Position numbers and translations under genes: made by a program. A model generated the notes under the pieces. That model was not told the DNA's origin. It saw only the letters and a list, made by a program, of their open reading frames with translations, and made no database searches. A stretch of DNA of 64,000 nt from Cycas panzhihuaensis (lineage: Eukaryota; Plantae; Cycadophyta). Shown piece after piece: positions 52,801 to 64,000 of this stretch. The DNA is taken from positions 36,711,741-36,775,740 of the forward strand of contig CM041465.1 in assembly GCA_023213395.1 (NCBI GenBank), read 5' to 3'. The number at the start of each line of letters is the position of its first letter. Positions within the stretch are counted from its first letter, which is position 1.

Positions 52801-55800
52801 ATGATAATGCATGTGACATATGGCAATTAAGTGCTTCGTGGAATGTGATTTTTGTGAAGGGACTTTTGGGCATGATAAAGCTAATTTGAGGGCAAGAAAG
52901 ATAGTGATATAAGGCAATGGGATTCTTGTTACATATGAGGTTACATGACAAGATTGGACGTTTGTTGGGCATGTTTAATAATGAGATTAGGCATGTTTAA
53001 TGATGTGTTCTAATTGATTGAATGGGTAAAGAAGGATGAGTGTTTGTTAAAGTTACCTGAGTTGCAAGTGTAGTGGCATGAGTTGTGTTTTGGGAAATTA
53101 AGTGAAGTGTGTGTCTTGGCAATTTAATGGTGACATGTGGCATGTATGATCATTGTGAGATTTATGAGACATTGATTTGGTGAAGTAAGTATTTCAGATA
53201 CCTATTATATGTGACTGTTTGACAATATGAGAGATACATAAGGCAATGATATGATGATAAAGTCAATGATGTGAGAGACATGAGACATGAGAATTTTGTT
53301 GAAAGTGATCAATATGCAAGTTACTAATGATAAGTGAGTTTGTTGATTCAAAAAAGTGCGTGGTGTTAGGAAATGACATTTACAATGATAAGGATCAAGT
53401 TGAAGATGCATTATAAATATAAATGACCCAAATGTGCATTAAGGGGGAGTGTTGGAATATTGATAATGTATATTTATTTTGTCTTACATGCAAGTGGGTC
53501 CTACTCTCACTATCATGTCATATATTATAAATACAGGCATAGTGTATCATATGTGATATTAGTTGTAAGGATGTTTTGTTAATATAACGGAGGTACCTTA
53601 AGGATACCATTCGATCTTGTGGAGGTGTTTGTTATGTTTAGTTCTGTTTATGAATATTAACTTATTGTAGGTTTAATTTCCAATAGATTTGACTTGTCCC
53701 TTGGGTGTAAGTTGATGACTTTCAAAAGCCAAAGGTTTCCCTTCTTGCATTAAGACTGATCTAATACCTTACCTCGATATATCACATTCAATGGTGAAGG
53801 TCTTTGTAAAGTCTGGTGTTGTGAGGATTGGTGTGGTAGTTAAAGCTACCTTTAAATGTTCAAATGCTTTAGAGACCTTAACATCCCAATGAAAGGAATC
53901 CATTTTTAACAAGTTGATTAAAGGGGAAGTAATCCTTGCATAGCCTTAAACAAATTTTTGATAATACCTTGTGATTCCTAAGAATCCACAAAGGCCCTTG
54001 ATGTTTTTGGGTTTAGGCTAATTCGTGATAACTATAATTTTCTTAAGATTCACCTTGACTCCTTCTTAAGAGATAATATGGCCCAAATATTCTATTTCTA
54101 TTTGCCCAAATTGACATTTTAATTTTTTGGTATAAAGTTGGTTATCTATAAATACCTATAATGCCTTATCAACATTCTAAATATGGTCTTCCCATGTACG
54201 ATTGAAGATCAGAATGTCATCAAAAAAGACTAACATGAACTTCCTTATATAAGCTGAAAGAGTTTGTTCATGAGTCCTTAAAAGGTGGATGGGGCATTAG
54301 TTAAGCTAAATGGCATGATTAAAAATTCATAATGTCCTTCATGTATACAAAATGTAGTTTTATAAACATTCTCTACCTTGATCCTAATTTGATGGTATCC
54401 TGGCCACAAGTCCAATGATGTGAAGAAGTTGCTCTATGGAGTTTATCCAAGAGTTCATCGATGACTGGCATAGGAAATTTATCCTTGATGGTTATCTTAT
54501 TGAGCTCATGGTAGTCTACACACATGTGAAATGATCCATCCTTTTTCCTACTAAAATCACTAGGGCAAAAAAAGTGCTTTTACTTTCCCTAATAGTACCA
54601 ACATTAAGGAGTTCTTGAACTAGTCATTCAATTTCATTCTTTTTCTAGTAGGGATACCAGTATGGTCGAATACAAGAAAGATTACTTCCAACTACTAGGT
54701 CAATGATGTGATCTTAGTCGCGTACTAGGGGGAAGACCTTGAGGAATATCTTGAAAGACCTAGTTATGGTGGTGAAGTACTAATTTTAAGTCATTTGGTA
54801 TACTATCATCTTGGAGAATGTCCCATTCTATTAGAAGTTCCTGACCTTCCAGAGCATAATATTTTATAATGATTCCTATACCACCCTTTTTAATAAGCCT
54901 CTTCATATGGTGTGAGCTAATGATTTGGGTTGGAGGAGGAATGATCCCATTCAATTGATAGTCAATTCCTTCAAAAATAAATTGAATGAAGAGCTATTAC
55001 ATATTTAGTTGAATGGTCCCTAATGGTTTGAGCTATTGTGCCCCTAATACAACATCAACTCTTCCAACGGGAATGGTATACATAGAAGTAGAGAGGTGAT
55101 AGTCGCCCATTTGTAACTTGATGTTGTGACATTTCACCCACAAGCAAGTGTCCTTCCATTAGCCACTATAACCTAAAATTGTTTTATAGGATGTGTAAAA
55201 CAGTTGAGTTCTTTAGCAAGTTTCTGATTAATAAAATTGAGGGTGCTCCTAGAATCTATAAGGACAACCACCTTCATTTTCTTGATGTACCTAATAAGTT
55301 TGAGTGTTTTTGGGGTCGTGATTCTAGTAAGGGCATGTATAGATATAGTAGTAGTATCTTCTTCTTCCTCCTCAGGTGGGTCATAATCATTATTTTTTTG
55401 CTCTAATAAGGCTTCCTCTACTAGTTCATCATCTTGGACATCCTTAATTATGAATAAATGTCATTCAGGACACTTATGATCTTTATTCTACTTTTGGTTA
55501 TAATGAAAACATAACTCTTTCAATCATTTCTTATTGATCTCTTGGGAAGTCATTCATCGCACACTAGGAACTTAAAATTATGGTCACTTTTCTGGGAATG
55601 TTTGTGGGAGGGGTCAAAATGCCTTATTTGTTTCTTCAATATATCAAGAAAAATTGATAGTTGTAGAGATGTTATCAGGTTTTAGGAGTCGCAACTCGTA
55701 TCTAATATTATCTTGTAACCCACTAATGTACAACTTAAGTAATTTATTCTTACAAAGACCATCAACCCTCATGGAGAGACATTGGTATTCTGCTTTATAA

Positions 55801-56228
55801 GCTAAAACATTCCCCCCATGTCTAACTTTAGCTAACTAGTTAAAGTGGTCATGATCCCATGTACTATCATATTGAGTTATAAGGTCCTTAACAAAACCCT
55901 CCCATTGATAACTAAGCCTACTAATTATTTTCATAACTCAATGGTACCATTGGTAGGGTTTAGTTTCTATGTGTAGAGAAGTAAGAGGGATCTTCTTGTC
56001 TGCTGGAACTTGATGAAGATAAAAGTATTATTCCATTTAGGTGATTTAGATATGTACATTTGTGCCATTAAACTTCTTGATTTCTATCTTAGGAAGGAAG
56101 TTAGGATGGAAGTGTCTGCCATTATTACTTTCATCTTCTTTAGCAAAGTGACCCCTACCTATGTGAGTAGTATCATCAAAGTCAATATTTTCTTCCTTAA
56201 AAGGTTTCATGGATGTGAGCTCTAACAT
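49900..56228 (-). pseudogene. Chromovirus gag-pol remnant (gag, PR, RT, RH, INT, chromodomain), split at 51601-53685
   Basis: FLPKIEIKKFNG; DVVLGAQ; [12 protein letters not shown]; LVFFDDILIF; AFDFKIIYKKGKNNIVVDALS; MDFIVEL...IVSDQDPKFTSNFW; QFYGLYKI...HNVFHVS; YLIKWKQLPQDDVTWE. Confidence 0.92.
51601..53685 (+). mobile_element. 2.1 kb non-coding LTR element (TRIM/LARD-like) of the same family as 17835-22833
   Basis: LTRs 51601-51837 and 53450-53685; perfect PBS tggtatcagagc 51838-51849; PPT aagggggag 53441-53449; TSD tattt/gattt. The LTR and 52460-53385 are homologous to the 17.8 kb element. Confidence 0.92.
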
Positions 56229-57371
56229 TCTTTTCTTTTTTTGTTTTCTTACTTTTTTTCATTTTTTTTCATTTTTTACTTTATTGCTTTTAATTTTTTT
56301 GCTTTTTTACTTTTTTGGTCGTTGACTGGTTGACTGACTATATACGCATAGACCACTAATAAAGTGACTAGGTACACTAGGTATGGGCTTGTCTGGTTTG
56401 TAGGCCCTCTGATATACTGATCTTAGTTGTAAATAGTATCAACTTATAGAGTCAAATACTCTACTCTATAGTCGTTACTACCTCGTCTCTAGGGTATGTA
56501 GATAGTAACTTCTTAGGGCTAATTGTTTACCAGTGTACTACAAATTATAGATAATCAATTAATTTCCTATGGTACCTATACTAAAAAGGCCTATATAGGG
56601 GGCCCTCCTATATACCCATAGGTACATAGAGGTGTAATTCCATAGCCAAGTTCAGTCTAAGGCTTGATTTAGGAGTGTGATCTCTAGTCCTTCATGTAAA
56701 GGATGGAAAAGCCACAATGCGCTTAATCCAAAATGATAGTTCCTCATGATATTTATAGGCCCTTGGCACAAGGTCTCTATCTAAATACAAAATAAAACTA
56801 CTCAGTGGCAGTGTTAGGATAATTGCCCAATTACAGTGTTATCTATCCCCAAAAAGCAAAGTAACTAAGTAGAAATTAAATGAGAATAGGTACTGATAAG
56901 AAAAAACTGATAGAAAAAAATTAATTATTTAATACCTTTGACTCTCCCACAAGGTATGGATCAACCGCTTTGATACCACTTGGTAGGATACCACTTCTTA
57001 ATAACAAATGTACACCAACATAACATGCAAGTAACTCTAAAAAAACACTTGTATTATAATATCCTTTGAAGGGGCAATCTCCTAATTACATACAATAACA
57101 ATGATATTTTAGATACCCTACTCTAAAGATTACATAATATATGGCTCTATACTCACTACACAACCTCCTTCTTATACATGTGGGATATTACATGAATATA
57201 TATAGTGCTCAATGACCATTACACAACCTTCTACTTATGTATGTGGGATATTAAGAAGAGTGAAGAAGTAGAAGAAATAGAATATATAAGAAAAGATAAA
57301 AGAGAGAAGAAGTAGAAGGTATAAGAGAATATAATAGAACGTAAGTTAGGGGTTGGATCCCTAACAACTTA

Positions 57372-57760
57372 TCTATATAAATGGTGGTAATCGTGGTAGC
57401 CCAGGACCTTCTACTATCACTTGGATTATATGTAATCCCTCTCAACATGACTTTATGTATTATGAAGTATACTTACCTGAGGCCACAAATAATGAGGCTG
57501 AGTACATGGTTGTTATCGAGGCCCTTATCGACATACTTTGCTTTCATCGTGGCCCCATCATTGTCCATTACGATTCTCAGGTTATTGTCTTGCAGATGAC
57601 TCAGATCTATTAGGTCCATTACCCCTGATTGAGATCCTTCATCTCGATTGCCAAGTATGTTTTATCCTTTTTTTCCTCAGTGGATATCCAGCATATCCCT
57701 CATGACCAGAATGTTGAAGCTAATAGCCTTGTCCATTTCATCTTAAAGCATCGCCTCCCA
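57372..57760 (+). pseudogene. Archaeal-type RNase H (aRH) of the Tat-like element
   Basis: INGGNRGSPGPS...ATNNEAEY...DSQVIVLQM...IQHIPHDQNVEANSL; frameshifted; its N-terminus abuts the 49493-57366 insertion. Confidence 0.85.
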
Positions 57761-58242
57761 CCTTTAGATGATTTGTCATCAAGCTTGTCGGTCAAGCCTA
57801 CTTTTGATAGGTTTGTTACACTTATCCTTTCCCTTTTTACCTTTAAAAATAGGTCACTAATGAGGTTAAACTATGGTGACTACAGGTTTATCTCTTTGCT
57901 TAAATCTTGTATCATTTGTAGTATAGTTTTGACATGCTTTCAGATTATGTTTACATCTTTTTAAATTATGTTTATGTTATTCCTAGATTATGTTTATATT
58001 ATGTTCACCTTATATGTGAAGGTGATGGGGCATCCCCTCATCCCCTCCCTACTTCCTAATACTCTTTTGTTTTCTATAGGGATTTTGATCCCATTCTATT
58101 TTCTAGGATTATACAGCTTGCTTAGGTGTCACAATGGGTAACTCCCAGGTCACCTTTCTATCATCCTGCATATGTTTTAGGTCTAGGGCTCTATACCTCA
58201 AGGATTGACTGAGCCATACCTCCTCTTCGTTACCTAAACTTA

Positions 58243-61200
58243 TGTTTCTCATCCATATGATCCATTGTGATACTTGCCACTCACCTTGGTTACTGGCACA
58301 CGAGCTCTATACACTTTTACTGGTGAGATTGTATTGAAAATATTCACCATCATCTAATGCTTCCAAGCGAATAGGTAAGATCGAGTATATATTTTATCCC
58401 TTACATTCTAATCACATTTTTATGATTATTATGGTACGAGATGCTTGTATGCTTACTTGATTACTTGGATTGCTTGCTTAATCCCCTTGATTATATGTGT
58501 ACTCCTACTTATGATGACTAGGAATCCAATTTGATGCCACTATTTAGCTCCCATGGTTAATCCCCTCTTGGAAATAGGTCCCTCATGTGCCTTTGTAGCC
58601 TAGTTTGAGTAATTCTTAGCTCGTTTTGTGCCTTCTTGTAGCATCTTATCCCCTTTTATTATGCCTCACCTACCCCTTGGTCCATCAAGGGTAGCTTATT
58701 AAGGTTTTTGATGGAGAGATGCCCCTTATTACTTACTCCATGTGATGCTTATTTATAAATTCCACTGATGTTGATGGTTTAGTTTTTATATATACCCCAG
58801 AACCCTTGGTTACCATCGTTTTAACGAGTTCTGCCTCATTTTGATGTGTTTCTCATGTGTTTTCATTAGCTTTTGATTCATACTATATCCAGAAACTGAC
58901 CTACATACCCTTAGGGAGAAATCCCAAGTTCCAACAGTTAGCCCCTCCCCTTGTTTCAATACTATTTATCAAGTTTTTATCAATTTTTATTAAAATTTAT
59001 TAATTTAGTGTTGTCCTGCTTCCTTTTTTATCTGTATCACTTCGATTATTGTGCCTCGCTAATATATTAGTGGTGCTGCGAATAAATTCATGGTGAAATT
59101 GTTATAACTTTAAACATAACTACAAATGGTTAAAATCACATTTATTATAGGCCTGATAGCAAATCTGGCTTGAGGACCAGCCCAAATCATGCCCTAATGG
59201 TCCTAAGACCTTACCTAAACCATCAAAACCTAAATTCAAACTGATTTTTTCTCTTCTTCAGCTCATTTACTTAAAAACTTCATACTTTTCTCTTAAAAAC
59301 TCTCACCCTTTGAAGGTCTACTTGTAGTCCATGTACATAATAGAATTTGGCAAAGGAAAGCAAGCACAACCAAGTTTAACAATAATATTAGATCAGACAT
59401 AAGCTATCAAGCCTCAAATAAAAGCTGGTTTCTTCTCCAAAAACATAAAAAAAAATTCTCCAGAACTCTTATTTCACAAGCCAAAAACTCTCACCTACAT
59501 CTATCCTTCTTTTATTCAAAGAGGTAAGTCATTCTAATGTGATTTTATTGCCAAACACTAAAGTTTTATTTCATCCTTCTGATTAGTTGATATATTCCTT
59601 AATGATTTTTAGATTTAGAAATTTCTTTTGTGATGATTAAAAGTAAATATGTCATAAATTTTAGAGGCAACCCCTCTCTCTACCATAACACCTCTGGTTT
59701 CGTCCTCCAAATCATTAATTGTTAACAAAGAGAGGGTAGAAGTGGCTAGAGGAGATTATAGAGAGGATATTGGGATTGAGTTCTAGGTCCAAAAGCCCTC
59801 TTCCACTAGGGTAATCCCTTCCTCAATGTTAGCTAATATCCCTCTTCTTCACACCTCAACTAGTGCAATACTTGGATGTGACACTTGCAACTTTCTTATT
59901 TGGTAATCTACCACCATTCCTTAAAGCTTTTACCCCTAAGAAACTATTGCTCGACTGTGAGACCCTATTTGCCATTTAGGAGAAACCTAGATTGTAGTGG
60001 AGCTTGCCATTTTGAGGTAATGCTCTCACTCCTTCCTACCCCTTGGTTCTCTTACTCATTGCATGTTGTATGTTATACTAGGCAGCAAAATATTATTTAT
60101 AAACTTGCCCTATTATTACATAACTAAACAAATGTACCAAACATCTTTTATTAATAGGTTGGTATGCATATATAAATATTTGTTGCTCATGGAAGTTGTT
60201 TGTTGTGTGATTTAGGTGGAGGCAAATCCATCTACAAACTGAGTGATTTTTTCCAAGAGGTAACATTGTTTCTTGTTTTGGTTTATGTTGCACCTCCCTT
60301 TTTACTACCATCTTTTTTGTTTTGTTTTATTTATTCAAACTTGGGGAAGGTAAGGAAGCCCCACTGAAACACTATTGTCAACACTTTGACAATAAGAGGA
60401 GCAAAGTTGCTAATAAAGAGGGTGCATGGAGAAAGAGTTGTGTCACTCCATTAGTCGTCAAGAATCTAGGTGCACTTTGTTCAATCCTTCCTCTCTTCGC
60501 TCCTTTTACCCCCTCTTGCCCTTGAATAGAAATATACAAAAAGGAAAAGTATTCTATTTTGTTTCTTTTATATACTTACATATCACATAAAGAAGGAAAG
60601 CACAACACAAACTAAGCACCCTTTCTCCTCTTCTCTTGCATTTGAATCAAAGTTTTGCATACTTCCTCCTTCCCTTTGACTCTACACATTGCATATTAAA
60701 AAGATAAAAGCAAAGTGCACTTGATTCCTTTCTTGCACTAATAGGAAATATTATTATGTCCCTCTTATTAGTTATATTTATAAAAGGAACTAGTTTTATA
60801 TAGGTAGTCATTGCATCTTCTCTCTTCCCTTTCATCCCCTTAAATAATCTTTTGAGAGAAAAGGAATTGAGAGCGAGGGAGAGTAGTTAATTTACTTTGT
60901 CATTGTCTTTTATTTGTATCATAAACATTACAATCGTAAACATCACAATAATGGTTGATTAGAAACAAACCTACCTTATAACAAATGAACAAGCACCAAC
61001 CTACCTCTCTTCATCTCGTAACCCGAAGGGAAGTCTAAACCCTAGTTGTAACCAAATGATTGTAACATCTTCTCGCTCCATACACCTAACACTGCAAACC
61101 TTAGCTTCTTAAGGGTAACCCTTTATGCACTAAACCACCCACTTCGACTCTCATTTACAACAATCCTCACCCTTTTTTTCTTGTTTCTAGGATTACTTTC

Positions 61201-61510
61201 CATAAGGAACCATTGTTCTTTCATCTCCCCTTCAAAAGGAGATCTTTTTCACCCTCTTTCACCCTAAGGGTAGGAGAGCCCTACCTTGTCCACTTAGCAA
61301 CCTGATGACACAGTTCTCACTCCCTTTATTTTACACCAAGGAGACCCTTTGGAAGAGAGGTAGTCTATGCATGGTTGCAGTTCCTCAAACCTACATTCTA
61401 GCATGGGGATGCCCTTTAAGGGTATCTTGGCTACTTTCTTTCCTCCCATTTGTAGCTTTCGTAGCTAGTAGGATAGTTAAGACCTAGTAACCCCCAGAGG
61501 TGTGCTTATA
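58243..61510 (+). repeat. 3' LTR of the Tat-like element (left edge uncertain, ~57870-58373)
   Basis: Clear homology to the 5' LTR from 58373; weak match (tgtttc.ca.cca) at 58243; ends ...cttata before the TSD. Confidence 0.75.
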
Positions 61511-63500
61511 GATAGTAATGGCATTAGAACTCTTCCATATTATCTAAGTAATGATTTCAAATTTACCTATATCAAACATAGTTTCTTGAATTAGGCAAAT
61601 ATCTATCCTTTCAAGTTTAATCTTTCTCCTCATAATTCTTTATTTAGTTATTGCATTCAGGCTATGGATATTTTATGATAATAAACCAATTATTATTTTT
61701 TATCTTAGTATTAGAAGCAAACTTCCTTTAGCATTTGGAATTGCCCTAAGTTAACTAAAAATTGACCTTTTGCTAAAAGTTTTTCCATTTTAGATTTCCT
61801 CCATTTTTTCCCTTTAAAGGCTTCTTTTTTTTTTGCTCTTAAGATAAGGGCTTTAATACCCAACCTTTAAGCATATGAGCCCCTCACTTCCTTTTCATGT
61901 TTTATGATTTCTTGATGTATATCTTTTTCTTTTTTTTTGTTATAGCCCTCTCATGAATTAAAAGATGATTATCCACACTAGCTAAATGAATTTCCTCACT
62001 GAGTGATAAATTTCCATCACCCTTGGTTCTTTTAACCTTCCCCATATTGCTTAATATCTTTTCAACTAGCATCAAGCATCCCACTATTGATCCTACATCT
62101 TTTCTTTTTTTGATTTCTCCTCCCCCATATATTGAGGAGGGCTTTTAATGCTCAATAATTGATCATTACCTCTTACATAATGTTGGAAATAATCTTTAAG
62201 GATCCTTTGCCTACTATGATAAGATCCTCCTTTAATGTCTTAAAGATGGCATCATTTTTTTATATCTTCTTCTAGATACATCTCATCCTTAAAAAATTAT
62301 TAACAAATCACATTATCTTGATTCTCTACAATGGTTTTGCTTCTTTTCCATCTCCTATTTTTAAATCCATATTATCCTTCATTTCTTAATATCAGGTTAC
62401 TAAATATTCTTTCTAAGATTGAGACTCTTCCCCTAAATAATTTAGAATTTCCTCCTCCTTTTCTTCTAAAATGGCTTCAAGCTAGCTTCCTCTTTGAATA
62501 TCAGTTTCTATTTTTTTTACCTATTTCTTATTCCTCTAACTACATTAACCTTTAATTAGTTGAAAACCCTCAAGGTCTAACTTTGGGTCCTTAACTTTTA
62601 GATTGATCGAGTAGTTTCTCTAGAGATGTCCATGTTTATGATAGATCTTGCATTTGAATGGAATTTTCTCACAATCCATAGATTGAACCCACTCACCTCC
62701 ATTATATTCTATAATAATGGCCTCTGGAAATGGGATTGAGAGAGTCATTTAGATGTATATTTGTGCATATACTATATAGTACTTTACAATAGTTACAACT
62801 AAAGATTTGATGAACAAACTAAATTTATTACCAATTCCTTTTAATATCTCTTCATCTAAAAATTCTAAAGGTGGAGAATATAGTTTAACTAACACTAGGG
62901 CCTCCCATTACTAAGGCTAAACCTAGGTATCTTGAAGCATATATAAAGGCTTAATGTATTTAAGAAATAAGGTCTACCTTCAAAGACTTTCTCCCTTTCT
63001 TACTAGAGGGAAAAGACTATTATGAATAAAACACTTAGCCCCAAGTTTGATATTTATGTATTCTTTTATGCCTAACTTATCATGCCATATCTCCCTAACC
63101 CATCTCTTTAGGGCAACTTCAAATGGCTATAATTTATAAAATCTATATATTAAAGCATAACATTTTAGATAAGTCATTTCACACTCAAAGTTTATAGAGA
63201 TTATTTAAAGCCTTAAGTTATTCAACACCTTCTTCTAATATTCACTTTGTTTACTAAATAGATAAGGAGAATCATTTGCTTATAATATAGAATAAAGGTT
63301 TGTCTTTAAATAAGACATAGGTTGCATATGGGTATAAAATTTTGTGGCCATAAACATTTCCTTAAAGGATAAATGAGAGGGGTTTTCACCCTCCCATGCC
63401 TAATGACAAGAGTGTGCCAAAACTAAGGATGAACTAGATCCCACTATGTCTTCAATCCCCTATGATACCAAACTAAAAGGGAGAATAAAGAAATAATAAA
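61511..63500 (-). mobile_element. Minus-strand L1, 5' segment (ORF1 with DUF4283 and zinc knuckle; start of ORF2)
   Basis: ORF1: VKLYSPPLEFLDEEILKGIGN...WVQSMDCEKIPFKCKIYHKHGHL. ORF2 start: S*NIHSLN, DICLIQET. Reads through TSD GATAG into the middle segment as IWKSSNAITISSIRASRGL. 5' end approximate. Confidence 0.88.
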
Positions 63501-64000
63501 CACAAAGAAGATGAAGAAAATATCTTTAAGATACTAATAAAAGGAGCAAAATGGAAAGTGACTACCCAAAAAAAATGAGGCATAAAGAGAGGATATATGA
63601 CTATCTAAGGTCTTAGATCCAACTTATCACCCACTTAAGGGAAGCTCTTATAACTTGCAATAAGTTGGTGCATCCCCAGTAATCTCAAGTAATCCTTTGT
63701 AGTAGACTTAAAATCTGGTCTATCGACTTCTTAGAAAATAAAGCACTAATCAAGCTTGATTTGAGCTAAAGAGCTTAAGAAACTCCATCATGTATTAAAG
63801 TCAATCTAGTAACTATAACTAGAGGATGTATGTATTGACTTGTTAGGCCTAATCTATCCTAGTGGGTCTTAATTTACTAATTGTTATTACTTCAGTGAGT
63901 TGAGAACGTAAGAAGAGAGGATTTTTAGCTTCATAAATTGATGATGCCTAGTGCATATATAGTCATGAAGCCCCTTACAACACTTATATCTAGGTTGAAT

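Larger units (their letters stand above)
49493..57366 (-). mobile_element. Full-length decayed Ty3/Gypsy chromovirus nested in the Tat-like element
   Basis: LTRs 49493-49885 and 56981-57366; PBS gctttgatacca 56967-56978; PPT after 49885; degraded TSD gctca/actta. Confidence 0.93.
41136..61510 (+). mobile_element. Tat/Ogre-like Gypsy element with ~3.1 kb LTRs; has gag, protease and an archaeal-type RNase H, but no RT or integrase
   Basis: Direct repeats ~41176-44300 and ~58373-61510; TSD GATAG (41131-41135 / 61511-61515) whose removal restores the host L1 frame; degenerate Arg-type PBS tagcgatcatacttgggac at 44302-44320. Confidence 0.85.

Noticed and set aside
1-64000. CRISPR arrays, rRNA/tRNA genes, prokaryote-type systems or an intact host gene
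   Set aside because: No regular repeat-spacer array, RNA gene body or multi-exon intact gene was seen; tRNA similarity is limited to primer-binding sites.

Overview
AT-rich, strongly CpG-depleted intergenic DNA from a large plant genome (gymnosperm-like, inferred from element types and decay pattern). It contains no intact host gene and is almost entirely nested, decayed retroelements. Left to right: (1) a small gag-only LTR element (<1-2159) inserted into an older Gypsy element (2160-~6369); (2) a ~4.8 kb tandem duplication (8238-13062 / 13069-22843); (3) a relatively young 5.0 kb non-autonomous Copia-type LTR element (17835-22833, TSD AATTT); (4) a plus-strand L1 LINE with RNase H (~17.5-29.7 kb); (5) a minus-strand L1 (~29.8-63.5 kb) split by a Copia element (32610-39469, TSD TTATC) and a Tat-like element with ~3.1 kb LTRs (41136-61510, TSD GATAG). 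The Tat-like element hosts a chromovirus (49493-57366), which in turn hosts a 2.1 kb relative of element (3) (51601-53685). Element (3) is the most notable feature. It has no pol, carries its gag-derived ORF at the 3' end with an unusual acidic/repeat tail, and holds CpG-rich captured host fragments: an apparently spliced papain-type cysteine protease piece and an open 285-codon frame resembling Enhancer-of-Polycomb-related (EPCR/PEAT complex) chromatin proteins. All protein assignments come from motif recognition by eye and need database confirmation.
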